64,000 nucleotides of DNA from Helicobacter sp. (GTDB taxonomy: Bacteria > Campylobacterota > Campylobacteria > Campylobacterales > Helicobacteraceae). The stretch lies in contig NZ_JAIEFA010000031.1 of assembly GCF_029067145.1 (NCBI RefSeq), forward strand, positions 5,613 to 69,612, given 5' to 3'. The translations under genes and the position numbers were made by a program. A model generated the notes under the pieces. That model saw nothing but the letters and a program-made list of their open reading frames with translations. It made no database searches and had not been told where the DNA came from. Position 1 is the first letter of the stretch, and every line of letters begins with the position of its first letter. Shown piece by piece: positions 1 through 10,174 of this stretch.

Positions 1-75
1 TATTCCAAAGTGTTAAAAACACATATGGACGACTTAAACACAGAAGCCATTACAAAACTAGCAGCAAAAGCATAA
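1..75 (+). CDS. flgF: 3' end of flagellar basal-body rod protein (FlgF/FlgG2-like), partial
   Basis: Frame 1 reads YSKVLKTHMDDLNTEAITKLAAKA*, a rod-protein-like C-terminus directly upstream of flgG. Confidence 0.7.
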   Translation, partial: YSKVLKTHMDDLNTEAITKLAAKA

Positions 76-87
76 AAAGGATTCCAA

Positions 88-879
88 ATGATGAGAGCAC
101 TCTATACAGCAACAACAGGTATGTTAGGACAGCAATTATTTATTGATGTTACTTCAAACAATATTTCCAATGTCAATACCTTTGGTTACCGCAAAGAAAG
201 GGCAGAGTTTGCAGACTTGTTCCACCAAGTGATTCAATACGCAGGTTCAAGCACTTCAGAAACTACACTTAGCCCAACAGGGGTTGAAGTAGGCTTAGGT
301 GTGCGTCCTACTTCGGTTCAAAAGCTATTTTCTCAAGGAAACTTCAAAGAAACAGAACAAAACCTTGATATTGCGATTACAGGAAATGGATTTTTTCAAA
401 TTGAACTTCCTGATGGCACGATTGCCTATACACGCGATGGTGCGTTTAAGCGCGATGATGAGGGCAATGTCGTCAATTCTCAAGGTTACTTGCTCGTGCC
501 AAATATCACGATTCCAGATGATGCAAGAGAAATCAATATCGGGACAGACGGGACGGTAACCGTTGTGCAAGGCAACTCTACCGAAGTCAATCAACTAGGG
601 CAGATTGAAACCGTGAATTTCATCAACCCCGCAGGTTTGCACGCACTAGGTGATAATCTTTATCTCAACACCAATGCTTCAGGAGACCCGATTGTCGGAA
701 CTCCGGGACTTAATGGCTTTGGGCTGCTAAGACAGGGATTTGTAGAAACAAGTAATGTAAAGTTGGTAGAGGAGATGACAGACTTAATTGTCGGGCAAAG
801 AGCCTATGAAGCCAATTCTAAGTCTATCCAAACAGCAGATTCTATGCTCCAAATCGTCAATCAGCTTAAACGTAACTAA
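88..879 (+). CDS. flgG: Flagellar basal-body rod protein FlgG
   Basis: MMRALYTATTGM...NNISNVNT, YTRDGAF, SNVKLVEEM..QRAYEANSK motifs; 263 aa. Confidence 0.97.
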   Translation: MMRALYTATTGMLGQQLFIDVTSNNISNVNTFGYRKERAEFADLFHQVIQYAGSSTSETTLSPTGVEVGLGVRPTSVQKLFSQGNFKETEQNLDIAITGNGFFQIELPDGTIAYTRDGAFKRDDEGNVVNSQGYLLVPNITIPDDAREINIGTDGTVTVVQGNSTEVNQLGQIETVNFINPAGLHALGDNLYLNTNASGDPIVGTPGLNGFGLLRQGFVETSNVKLVEEMTDLIVGQRAYEANSKSIQTADSMLQIVNQLKRN

Positions 880-900
880 TCCTCCTCATTAACACTCCTA

Positions 901-924
901 TGCGATTCCATTTGCGGAATCGCA
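901..924. terminator. Hairpin downstream of flgG, probable intrinsic terminator
   Basis: TGCGATTCC-atttgc-GGAATCGCA, perfect 9-bp stem; no U-tract on the + strand. Confidence 0.55.
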
Positions 925-990
925 AAAATAAAGAATAATCAAAGAGATTTTCATATAAACTTTCTAAACTCAAAAGTCAAGGAAAATTCA

Positions 991-2743
991 ATGTCTCACT
1001 TTCTTTCATTTTTACAAAATAATCTTTCAAGTATTTTATTTATTTTTCTTTGCAATGCGATTCTTTTATTTTTTTGGAATTATTATTCTTATTTTTACGA
1101 TTCTATCCCTTGGTTTTTAGAAAAGCTAGCCAAATCCCTTTTTAGCACAATCTTGATAGAAATCCTTTGCTTGCATCTCATCTTTTTGCTTTTCCCAAGC
1201 AATATTGCGCGCTATGTTTTGTTGTCGCTTGTGGGTTTTAGTGCGATTGCGCTTATCGTAGAGGGATTCTTGCTGTATTCTTATCGTAGCCTCATCACAC
1301 CTTATGTTCTTGACGCAATCCTACAAACAAACTTCAAAGAAGCAAAAGAGTTTTTTGCTTCTTTTTTAAACCTCAAAATTTTCTTTCTCGCTTTCTTGTT
1401 CCTTTTAGCCAGCTTTGTTTATTTTAAGTTTTTTCCAACTTCGCAAACAGCCCTCAATCCTAGATTCATTCAAATTTTTTTCGCACTCTACGCACTGCTT
1501 GGCGTGATTTTCATCGCAGATATTGCAAGTCGCTACTTCAAGCATAAGTCTGAACCTTTTGCAAAGTTCAACGAAAATTCCCTCACGCAACTTTTTTATA
1601 GTCTTCATCAGTATTATGGTAGCGCAAGTTTTTATACAAGCTATAAGCAACTTGTAAGCAATTATTCTGCCTTGCGCGAATCCTATCAAGGTAAAATCTC
1701 CAAAAGCCCCGATTCTCCGCAAAATATTGTGCTAATCATCGGAGAATCCACGCAAAGAAATTTCCTTGAAGTTTATGGTTATGAGCTTCCCACCACTCCT
1801 TTTTTGAAAAATTTTGCAAATAATATGAGGGGGGGGGCAACTAGCGTTATTTAGCGACACAATCGCGTCTTTTGCGCAAACCAAACTCGCCTTACAACAT
1901 TTACTGAATTTTTCCAATGCTCAAGATGCGCAATGGAATCAATCCCTAGACCTTATCAATCTTTTCTCACTTGCAGGATACAAAACCGCTGTTTTTTCTA
2001 ATCAAGAAGTTGTCGGCTCGGAAGTTAATGCCTTTGCCTCCATTGCTTCTTTTGCGGATTACAAGGCAAATTTAAACAAATTTATCACGAGTTCTCGCAT
2101 TGCAGAAAGCCAAATCACATACGATGGCTTTTTGTTGCCTTTTATTCAATCTGCACTAGAACAGAATCCCACCGAATCTCGCCTAGATATTATTCATTTA
2201 ATGGGAACACATTTTAACTACGACAAACGTTACCCCAAAGAGTTTGCGAAGTTTAATGCTCACGACATTCATTATCCTAGTTTCGCAAATGAGCAGCAAA
2301 AAGAAATCATTGCTACTTATGCCAATGCTGTTTTGTATAATGATTATATTTTGAACGAAATTTTTAAAATCTATGCAAAGAGCGATTCTATTATTTTTTA
2401 TCTTAGCGACCACGGAGAAAGTCTCTATGAGCACAAGGGTAAATTAGGGCATTTTGTAACTTCAAGATTCACTGCTGAAATACCATTTCTCACTTTAATG
2501 AGTGAAGAATTTGTCCAAAAACACAAAGAAACTGCACAAAAAATCCAAGCTGCCAAAGACAAACCTTTTGTGATTGATGATTTGATTCATCTACTCTGCG
2601 ATGTTGCACAAATCCAAGTCCAAGACTATGACGCAACCAAGAATCCACTCTCGGCTGAATTTAATACAAAAAAGATAAGAATCTTTAATCAAAAAGCAGA
2701 TTATGATAAAGAATTAAAAGGGGAAATCGCGCAACCAAAATAA
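991..2743 (+). pseudogene. Phosphoethanolamine transferase (CptA/YbiP/EptA superfamily), frameshifted at a G9 tract, probably phase OFF
   Basis: N-terminal TM region plus IIGESTQR..YGY..TTP in 991-1854; next frame continues QLALFSDTIASFAQT...AGYKT..SNQ, HLMGTH, YDxxL, SDHGE; removing one G gives a 583-aa ORF. Confidence 0.9.
1829..1837 (+). repeat. Homopolymeric G9 tract (slipped-strand switch)
   Basis: atga-GGGGGGGGG-caa, exactly at the frameshift. Confidence 0.9.
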
Positions 2744-2774
2744 AACAAAGAGAGCAAAGAATTGCAAAGCGGAC

Positions 2775-3830
2775 TTAAACAATAAAGCCACCTCCTAATA
2801 CTTTGTCGTCCTCATAAAGCACCAAAGCCTGCCCGCTTGCTACGCCAAAGGCTGGCTCTTGAAGATTAGCAAGCAAGATTTCTTGCTTTTTGCCTTGTGA
2901 ATCCTCTTGCATTAATTGCACTCTTGCCTTTGTTTTTTGGCTTTTATAGCGAATCTTTACCTCGCATTCTAAGGCTTGTTTCTCCGCAAATATTTCCTTA
3001 GGCACAGAAAAATTGATTGCTCGCACTTGATAAGTCGCTAATTCGTCCTTTTCGCCCACGACAATCGTATTTTCCTGTGGATTAATCTTTAGCACATAAT
3101 GTGGATTCAACGCACCCTTAATCGTAAAACCTTTGCGCTTACCAATCGTGTATTGCATATAACCTTTATGCGTGCCAATCTCTCTGCCCTGCGTATCTAG
3201 CACGATTCCGGGAGATTCTACATTATAATGTTTTTGTAAAATATCTATGTAGGTATTTTCTACAAAACAAATTTCCTGCGAATCCTTATAGCTCTCCAAA
3301 GTTCCAAGCCAAGGAAGTTCCTTTAGCGCAATGGGTTTAATCTCTTGCTTCCTTTTATTCCCCAAAGGAAAAAGAATGCGAGGAATCCACTCCCTCTTTA
3401 GCCCAAACAAAAAATAGCTTTGGTCTTTCGTCGCGTCTATGCCTTGAGCAATTTTGCCCTCTTTGACTTGCGCATAATGTCCTGTCGCAACATAATCACA
3501 ACCTAATTGCTCTGCTAATCTAAAAGCAATTCCAAACTTTACCAAAGGATTGCACAAGGCACAAGGATTGGGCGTTTGCCCCTTAGCATAGGATTCTACA
3601 AAGTAATCATAAACGCTTTTTTTGAAAAGTTCGCGCTCGTCTATTATCGCATAATCAATACCCAAAACCTCCGCACATCGTTTGATATTTGCCTCATAGT
3701 ATTGGTGCTTTGTCTCCTTATCGTGCAACTTCAAATACACGCCATATACGAGATAACCTTGCTTTTGTAGCAAATAGGCACAATAACTAGAATCTACTCC
3801 TCCACTCATTAACAACAAAACTTTTTTCAT
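2775..3830 (-). CDS. mnmA: tRNA 2-thiouridine(34) synthase MnmA
   Basis: [45 protein letters not shown]. Confidence 0.96.
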   Translation of the reverse strand: MKKVLLLMSGGVDSSYCAYLLQKQGYLVYGVYLKLHDKETKHQYYEANIKRCAEVLGIDYAIIDERELFKKSVYDYFVESYAKGQTPNPCALCNPLVKFGIAFRLAEQLGCDYVATGHYAQVKEGKIAQGIDATKDQSYFLFGLKREWIPRILFPLGNKRKQEIKPIALKELPWLGTLESYKDSQEICFVENTYIDILQKHYNVESPGIVLDTQGREIGTHKGYMQYTIGKRKGFTIKGALNPHYVLKINPQENTIVVGEKDELATYQVRAINFSVPKEIFAEKQALECEVKIRYKSQKTKARVQLMQEDSQGKKQEILLANLQEPAFGVASGQALVLYEDDKVLGGGFIV

Positions 3831-4249
3831 TTTTTCCTCATAAATGTTAATTTTTCGCTTAACAAAAGTTTATTATCTGTATATTTTGCCCATAGAATCT
3901 CCAATGCAAAAATCTCGCCATTACCGAGTTTGGCAAAGGGAAAACGCGCATAATAAAGATTCTTTTGCTGTAATGTTGCTTGTTTAAAAAATGCCTTGAT
4001 TTGCAAACCTTGAATCCTACCAAGATTTTTAGAATCCTTTGCAATAAGGGCAGCAACTCTTGGGTTTAAAGCACAAAGTTGAATATGTTTGGAATCCTGC
4101 GCACTCTTAAAAAGTAAGCTAAGATTCGCTTCGTCAAAGGCATAATAACAGCTTGCGCTATAAACTTCTAATGTATCAGAATCTGCTTCAACGACACTCA
4201 AACTTAACAAATGATATTTTTTGATAAAATCTTTTATTTTTGGATTCAT
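3827..4249 (-). CDS. Pyridoxamine 5'-phosphate oxidase-like protein (YhbP-like)
   Basis: [22 protein letters not shown]...NPRVA, IQGLQ, KYTDNKL; start moved to the ATG at 4249. Confidence 0.7.
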   Translation of the reverse strand: MNPKIKDFIKKYHLLSLSVVEADSDTLEVYSASCYYAFDEANLSLLFKSAQDSKHIQLCALNPRVAALIAKDSKNLGRIQGLQIKAFFKQATLQQKNLYYARFPFAKLGNGEIFALEILWAKYTDNKLLLSEKLTFMRKK

Positions 4250-4343
4250 AAGATGGAATTGTAGCCAAAATTTTAGCGAAAACAAGGGAAAATCATTCAA
4301 TAAATGGTAATATTTCGTATCCTAAGAAACATAAGAAGTTGCG

Positions 4344-4703
4344 ATGAAACCAAAATATCATTTTTTTAATAATACAAAATATGCGTTGTGTGGTGTTGTG
4401 GCAATGCTAAAAAACGAAGTAGCTTTCAAAATAGAATGTCTTGTCATCATTCCCTTGCTTTTTGTTGTTTTTTATTTAGAGATTACGCTTGAAAAGCGCA
4501 TTCTTTTGATTGCTGTTTTGTGGTTGATTTTTATTGCGGAATGTTTCAATTCTGCCATTGAATCCTGCGTGGATTTAATCACGCAAGAATTTCACGAAAA
4601 GGCAAAAGTTGCAAAAGATTGTGCTTCAGCGGGCGTGTTTTTCGCAATCTCTCTTGCGATTCTTACTTGGGGGCTTGTTTTGGGGGATTTATATCTTTGG
4701 TGA
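4344..4703 (+). CDS. dgkA: Diacylglycerol kinase
   Basis: E.AFKIE, ECFNSAIESCVD, AKDCASA motifs; 3 TM segments. Confidence 0.92.
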   Translation: MKPKYHFFNNTKYALCGVVAMLKNEVAFKIECLVIIPLLFVVFYLEITLEKRILLIAVLWLIFIAECFNSAIESCVDLITQEFHEKAKVAKDCASAGVFFAISLAILTWGLVLGDLYLW

Positions 4704-4760
4704 ATCCACATTTGTGCGTGAGATTCCTTCATTTTAGGCTTTCGCATTTGCTTTTTCTCT

Positions 4761-4818
4761 GTCCCTGCAAGATTCCCCATTTTGTCCTTGCGAGATTCCG
4801 CAAGAAATCGTGGAAATA
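4761..4818. repeat. Palindromic intergenic element, copy A
   Basis: GTCCTTGCGAG-attccgcaagaaat-CGTGGAAATA (4784-4818), degenerate match to the other copies. Confidence 0.65.
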
Positions 4819-4821
4819 ACC

Positions 4822-6477
4822 CTACATTTCCATTTCAAACTTGCTTCCTCTTAGCTTGTCTTTCTCCTCTAGTTCTGCAAATCTTATCATATTCTCCACA
4901 TTTTGCATTTTATAAAGTGCATTTGCCACTAGTTCCTTGCCTTCTCCTGTCGTTAGAATAAAGGCAGAGCGACCATTTTGGAAGCTTAATTTGCGGATAA
5001 GTTCCACTCCAAGTTCTGCTAGAGAGGTAATAGAACCATTCATATTTATGTCTGCACCTATTTTGTTAAAATCTAGCTTATTCAAATCCTCTTCATCAAA
5101 GCTCATAGCCTCGCTAAACGCATTTACCCTCTCACTCCTCTCTGTTAAGTCGTTAAAATCTCCATTGCTAGTATATAGCTCATCAAGGCTTAGCTTCATA
5201 GTTCTGCCTGAATCAAACTTCAATGTGAGCATTCCATTATCCTCTAGCTTCATTCCAACAACAGAATCCACATCTCTTAGCGCACTTGCATATTTCATAG
5301 CAGTAGATGAGCTATTTAACCCATTGTAAAACTCTCTAAAATTTGCCTCGCTAAATTTCATTCCTGTGATTGCCTGAAATTCTCTGCGGATTGCTAGTTT
5401 ATCAGCTTGGTCATTATTGTAATAGTCGTTATACATTTTGTTGAAGCGATTTTGTAAGCCTTCTAAATAGCCCTCTTGCTTCCCATATTTCCTATCATCT
5501 CTTCCATCATATCCGCTAAATCTAAGTCGTTCTAGCTTTAACCCACCGTTTAAATCAGTCTTAGAATATGCGAAATCTAGGGTTTTTAAGAGCTTCTCAA
5601 AGGTTAGTTTCTCTAAACGGTATTCGTCTTTATAGGTTTTTGTTAAATCTATCCAACCGCTTTCATCAGCATTTTCTGCAAACATTTTTCTAATTTGGTC
5701 TTTTTGCGTGTCATTTAACTTTTTATAGCTTTCCTCTGGGCGAAAGAGACTTGTGCCACTTTCTAAATTTCCTTTATTGTAGCCATATTTCTTGATATTC
5801 TCCTCTACATCTTTTTGTGTATTTACAAACTTCGTTAAATCAAGAGAGTTATAAACATCGCTAAATTTTAAGATAACTTCCTCGCCCTTAGAGTTGTAGC
5901 CCTTTAGCTTTAGCTTACTAAAAAACTCATCACTAGAATCTAAGAATCCATCTTGATTATCGTCTAGGTTAATGAGCTGCCCCATATACCCTATGTTTCC
6001 AACTCCATATTTATCATTATCATCATCTAAGTCTAAGAAAACCTGCATTTCTCCCACAGGCGTATTTAAGTATTGAGATTTTCCAGCGGCATTAAACATA
6101 TCTCCACCACCATTTCCGCTCCATCGGTAAGCATTATCAAAAATGGTTCTGCCAAACTTATCATAAGAGATAGAGTGAGAGTAGAAGTTAGGAGTGAAGT
6201 AGTTTAGCTTGTCTCCATTTAAGCTTGAGTGCGAACTAAGCCCAAATGATTGAATGGAGCTTGAACCTAAAGCGTTTAATACCCTAGCCCTTGCGCTTTC
6301 TTGTGCTTGTCTTATTCGCTCTTGCTCCTTTGCTTCTGCGGCTTCTTTCTCTCGTTGTGGTGCTTCTTCTTGTGCTTTTTGGAGCATTTTTTGAAGTTCT
6401 GGGTTATTAAGATTTGCCACTCTAGCGTTTTCTACTTCTATTTTTGTAGGGATTGGTGTCGCAACTTTGCCTATCAT
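4822..6477 (-). CDS. Hypothetical 551-aa protein with EF-hand-like Ca-binding loops, no signal peptide
   Basis: Long ORF with AAGGAG RBS; DDNQDGFLDSSD, ADESGWIDL and DINMNGSITSLAE loops; charged coiled-coil N-terminus. Confidence 0.8.
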   Translation of the reverse strand: MIGKVATPIPTKIEVENARVANLNNPELQKMLQKAQEEAPQREKEAAEAKEQERIRQAQESARARVLNALGSSSIQSFGLSSHSSLNGDKLNYFTPNFYSHSISYDKFGRTIFDNAYRWSGNGGGDMFNAAGKSQYLNTPVGEMQVFLDLDDDNDKYGVGNIGYMGQLINLDDNQDGFLDSSDEFFSKLKLKGYNSKGEEVILKFSDVYNSLDLTKFVNTQKDVEENIKKYGYNKGNLESGTSLFRPEESYKKLNDTQKDQIRKMFAENADESGWIDLTKTYKDEYRLEKLTFEKLLKTLDFAYSKTDLNGGLKLERLRFSGYDGRDDRKYGKQEGYLEGLQNRFNKMYNDYYNNDQADKLAIRREFQAITGMKFSEANFREFYNGLNSSSTAMKYASALRDVDSVVGMKLEDNGMLTLKFDSGRTMKLSLDELYTSNGDFNDLTERSERVNAFSEAMSFDEEDLNKLDFNKIGADINMNGSITSLAELGVELIRKLSFQNGRSAFILTTGEGKELVANALYKMQNVENMIRFAELEEKDKLRGSKFEMEM

Positions 6478-6554
6478 TATTTTCTCCTTATTTCACTCTA
6501 AAATCCACCGCAAGGATATTACCTGTGGTATCGTCATAATAAATATCAAAATCT

Positions 6555-7672
6555 TTAATTGTAATAATAGATGAACCCTCGCCTATCAATCTCTATTGCA
6601 AGAGTAGCAAGAGAAATAGAATCCACACTACCGCTTGAAAAAATTAGTTTCTCTTTGGCATTATAGTTATTCATTAAGGCAAACATTTGTTGGATAGTTG
6701 GCTCATAGAACACTTCCTTGACATTGAGATAAAAGCGATTATCTCCATTTTTAATGTAATTTTGCAAACTTGCAACATTAAATCGCCTATTTTTAAGCTG
6801 TAAATCCTCTAGGGCAGCACCTGTTATAAAAGTTTTGGTAACTATCTCCTCATCACTGCCATCTTGCGCTTTCCAGCCTATTGTATAATTTTTTACACTT
6901 TGCATTGCCTGCACATACACCCATTTATTAAGTGGAATAGGTTTATTTGTAACAATGCTTTCCGTAGAATAATCTAAAGATTTTGTTGTAACTGAGAGTT
7001 TTCCAGATTCTAACACTTGGAATAAAAAATATTCTGTTCTATATCCCTCATCTTTTTTGTTTGTTTCATTTCTGTCAAATAATGTAATGGGGGGTTGTAA
7101 AATATCCGCCAAGTTTTATCCATAACCCAAAGCTATTAGTATAAGGCAAACCCCATTCAGTATATTCTGCATTAGTATTGCGCCCACCATTATAATGTAC
7201 ATAAGGACAAACTGTTTCTGGCTTAAAAGTTTGCGTGGCTTTATCCCAAATATGCACGACATAGTTTTTATATTGGGGGCAACATTCATTTTTGCTTTCC
7301 AAATTGGGTTCTTCGCATCTCATTTGTAACGCTTTGTCATCAATTTTAAGGTTATCCGTTTTCATTATGCCCGGACTATTCTTTGTATAAAGCACGATTA
7401 AAATAGGATTTCCCGCGCTATTATTTAATGTAATGTATGCTTCTGTATTCTCATCAAACACCAAACTACTCCAAAGGATACGCATTCCCCCCTCTTACAA
7501 TTTTTGACATTTTTATCGCAGATTTTACTTCCTTTGAGAAGTTTTGTAACATTTCCTTTGCTTCTTTTCCGCTTAGGGCTTCACCAATTTGCACTTTGGG
7601 TTGCGTTTGCGCCAAGAGTAATACACTAAACGCACTAGAAAATATCAAGCCAACTAACAATTTCTTGAGCAT
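6555..7672 (-). pseudogene. Secreted LamG/concanavalin-A-like domain protein split by two +1 frameshifts
   Basis: ORFs 7466-7672, 7075-7485 and 6555-7112 join into 371 aa if one base is removed at each of 7487-7492 and 7089-7094; Sec signal MLKKLLVGLIFSSAFSVLLLA; SFGLWIK...TLF...GKLSV...KPIPLNKWVYV is LamG-like. Confidence 0.75.
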
Positions 7673-7704
7673 TTACCCCTCCTTAATTTAAGATGTTCTT
7701 TATT

Positions 7705-7731
7705 ATATCGGATTTTTTAAAGAAAAGTTAA
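7705..7731 (-). promoter_or_regulatory. Putative sigma-28 (FliA) promoter
   Basis: Minus strand TTAACTTT-N11-TCCGATAT vs consensus TAAAGTTT-N11-GCCGATAA, about 30 nt upstream of the start codon. Confidence 0.65.
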
Positions 7732-7802
7732 GAGAAATTTTACATTTAAGAATGTGTTGAGTTTGGATTATAAAAAAGACTATTCTTGAGATGATTTAAA
7801 GT

Positions 7803-7878
7803 TGGCGACCCTTGGAAGATTTGAACTTCCGTATATGCCGTGAAAGAGCATTATCCTTGGCCACTAGATGAAAGGGTC
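7803..7878 (-). tRNA. tRNA-Glu (TTC)
   Basis: GACCCTT...AAGGGTC-G-CCA acceptor, D-loop TAGTGGCC, anticodon loop CT-TTC-AC, T-loop GTTCAAATC; 76 nt. Confidence 0.95.
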
Positions 7879-7960
7879 GCGAGAATTTTAACATATTTCT
7901 GATTAACTTGTGTTAGGATATGCTAAAATTTCGTTTCATTTAACCCAAAAAAGAGAGAAA

Positions 7961-9073
7961 ATGCCGTCCGTCCCTTATGATTTTAGCAACCAAAACACAA
8001 CCCTAGTTCATATTTGTTGCAGCGTAGATAGTCATCACTTCCTAACAAGCCTCCAAAAACTTTATCCCCACAAGCATTTTTGTGGATTCTTTTATAACCC
8101 AAACATTCACCCTTATGAGGAATACGCATTGCGCTTAGAAGATGTTAAACGCAGTTGCAAAATGCTTGGGATTCCGCTTATCATCGGAGAATATGATGAC
8201 AAAAAGTGGCTAGAAAATGCCAAAGGCTTAGAAAATGCGCCCGAAAAGGGAGAGCGGTGTAGCTTTTGCTTTGATTTTCGTCTGAACAAAACAGCACAAA
8301 TTGCCCAAAAAACGCATTGCACAGAATTTACCACTACCCTGCTTGCAAGTCCGATGAAATCGCAATCTGAACTTTTTGCGCAAGGCGAAGCGATTGCTAA
8401 AGTTTGGAATCTTGACTTTTTGTCCCTTGATGTGCGCAGTCATAATGGCACAAAAGTGCAAAATGCGCTAGCTAAAAGTGCAAAACTCTACCGCCAAAAC
8501 TATTGTGGTTGCCTCTTTGCTCTCAAAGCCCAACGCGACAAATCTCTAAAAAAAGCATTGGAGTTGCTTTCCTCTTTGAACGCGCCACAGGAAATGAGGA
8601 ATCTCCCCTCCTTGCGATTCCACAATTTCCAAACGCGCGCACAATTAGAGGACGCAAACCAACCCTACCAAATCATCAAACGCAAAGTTTTGCATTACCA
8701 GCTTCTCAGAGGCAAACTCACTTGCCAAAATCAAACAATCCCTAGCTTCATTTGTGATTATTCCCTGCTTACCAAGCCCACCAAAGCAAAAATAGAATTT
8801 TGGCATAATGGAATCGGATATGCCAACAAAGAGGGAATCTTGCTACTTTTGTTTGAAAATTTCAAAGATTTATTAAAAATATCAGACTTTTCCACTCTCT
8901 TGCGGCAAGGGCTTTGCGAGGAAATTCAGTTGCTTTTGCGCCACAAGATTTATCCTTATGGGTTTTTTACCTCCCCGATTCTAATCATAGAGCAACCTAT
9001 TTTTAATGATTTTACACTAGAAATTTCGCATACTATGCAAGAGGAAATCTTGGAGGATTTTCTCCCTTTGTAA
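7961..9073 (+). CDS. queH: Epoxyqueuosine reductase QueH
   Basis: LVHICCSVDS, FYNPNIHPYEEY, EKGERCSFCF, YRQNYCGC; start uncertain (7910 GTG or 7961 ATG). Confidence 0.92.
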   Translation: MPSVPYDFSNQNTTLVHICCSVDSHHFLTSLQKLYPHKHFCGFFYNPNIHPYEEYALRLEDVKRSCKMLGIPLIIGEYDDKKWLENAKGLENAPEKGERCSFCFDFRLNKTAQIAQKTHCTEFTTTLLASPMKSQSELFAQGEAIAKVWNLDFLSLDVRSHNGTKVQNALAKSAKLYRQNYCGCLFALKAQRDKSLKKALELLSSLNAPQEMRNLPSLRFHNFQTRAQLEDANQPYQIIKRKVLHYQLLRGKLTCQNQTIPSFICDYSLLTKPTKAKIEFWHNGIGYANKEGILLLLFENFKDLLKISDFSTLLRQGLCEEIQLLLRHKIYPYGFFTSPILIIEQPIFNDFTLEISHTMQEEILEDFLPL

Positions 9074-9129
9074 AAGTTGCGTAAAAATGCTAAAATTTTG
9101 GCTTAAAACTTAGCAAGGAAGGATAAAAA

Positions 9130-9369
9130 ATGTTTGAACGCATTGACGGGATTTTGCGTGAAATTGAGGAAGCACAGGCAGAGATTCAGTTGCTTTTAGG
9201 AATCGCAAAAATTTCTTTTGTGGATTATATTATGATTAAACGCGGCTCACAAGATATGCCAGAGGAGCTTGGCGCGTGGAATCTCCAACAAATTGATAAC
9301 GAAGTCTCGCGTCTCAAAGAAGCAATTGAAACACTCAATAAAATCAAAAGAGAAGTTCTCACTTGGTAA
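9130..9369 (+). CDS. DUF2443-family Helicobacter small protein
   Basis: MFERID...IKRGSQDMP...LNKIK resembles the Helicobacter DUF2443 family (from recall); strong RBS. Confidence 0.75.
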   Translation: MFERIDGILREIEEAQAEIQLLLGIAKISFVDYIMIKRGSQDMPEELGAWNLQQIDNEVSRLKEAIETLNKIKREVLTW

Positions 9370-9418
9370 ATCTGAGATTTTTGGATTCTGCTTTTAAAGC
9401 ACACATTTAAGGACGACT

Positions 9419-10165
9419 ATGCAATCAAAATTGCAAGAGCAATTCACCCAAACAAAGCATTATTTCGCGCTTGCCAAAAAGGATATTTTCACACCTTATT
9501 TACTAGGCTTGACTTTCTTGCCTTTATTTTTTGCACTGCTTTTTATCGGTGGAATCTTTTATTTCTTTGGCAGCACTTGGTATGCAATGCTTTATGATTC
9601 TTTGCGTTGGGATTTGAATCTCTCCATTACTTGGCTTGCTTGGATTCAAAGCAGCCTAGATTATATTATCCAAACCACAATTTTTATTTTTTTGGCTTTT
9701 TTGTTTTTGGTGTTTTCGCTCTTGCTTACATTAACGATTTGTTCTTTTTTAGCTCCTTTTGTTGTTAATTTTGTGCGCAACCAACACTACCCTACCTGCC
9801 CTTTAGAGGGCAATACAAGCACATTTGCATCCTTATTTTCTTTGCTTGGAGTTTATCTCTTGTATCTTTTATTTTTGGTGCTTTTATTGCCTCTTTATTT
9901 TGTGCCTTTTATTGGCTCATTTGTGATTTTATTGCCCAACTTTTGGCTATTTTCTAAAACATTAGTTGCAGATGTGGGAGAGGGAATTTTTGAAAAAAAT
10001 GAACTCAAACGCATTAAATTAGAGCAAAAAAGTAGAATCCGTAGCGTTGTTTTGCCCCTGTATGGTTTAAGCCTGATTCCAATTATTGGATTTTTCGCTC
10101 CTGTTTTTGCGCTCACAACATTGGCACATTTATTTTTAAATCTTAAAAGCAACGCAACATTTTAA
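9419..10165 (+). CDS. EI24/CysZ-like membrane protein
   Basis: Multiple TM helices; LAPFVVNFVRNQHYP, LYFVPFIG, LIPIIG. Confidence 0.7.
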   Translation: MQSKLQEQFTQTKHYFALAKKDIFTPYLLGLTFLPLFFALLFIGGIFYFFGSTWYAMLYDSLRWDLNLSITWLAWIQSSLDYIIQTTIFIFLAFLFLVFSLLLTLTICSFLAPFVVNFVRNQHYPTCPLEGNTSTFASLFSLLGVYLLYLLFLVLLLPLYFVPFIGSFVILLPNFWLFSKTLVADVGEGIFEKNELKRIKLEQKSRIRSVVLPLYGLSLIPIIGFFAPVFALTTLAHLFLNLKSNATF

Positions 10166-10174
10166 GGAATCAAT

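Noticed and set aside
6527..6558. Sigma-28-like TATGACGATA boxes upstream of 6477 and 50372 (near 50441)
   Set aside because: Spacing to a TAAA-like -35 is 1-3 nt too long, so they are not called
4761..7878. Integrative element at tRNA-Glu
   Set aside because: No integrase and no duplicated tRNA 3' end (att site) found; treated only as a variable islet
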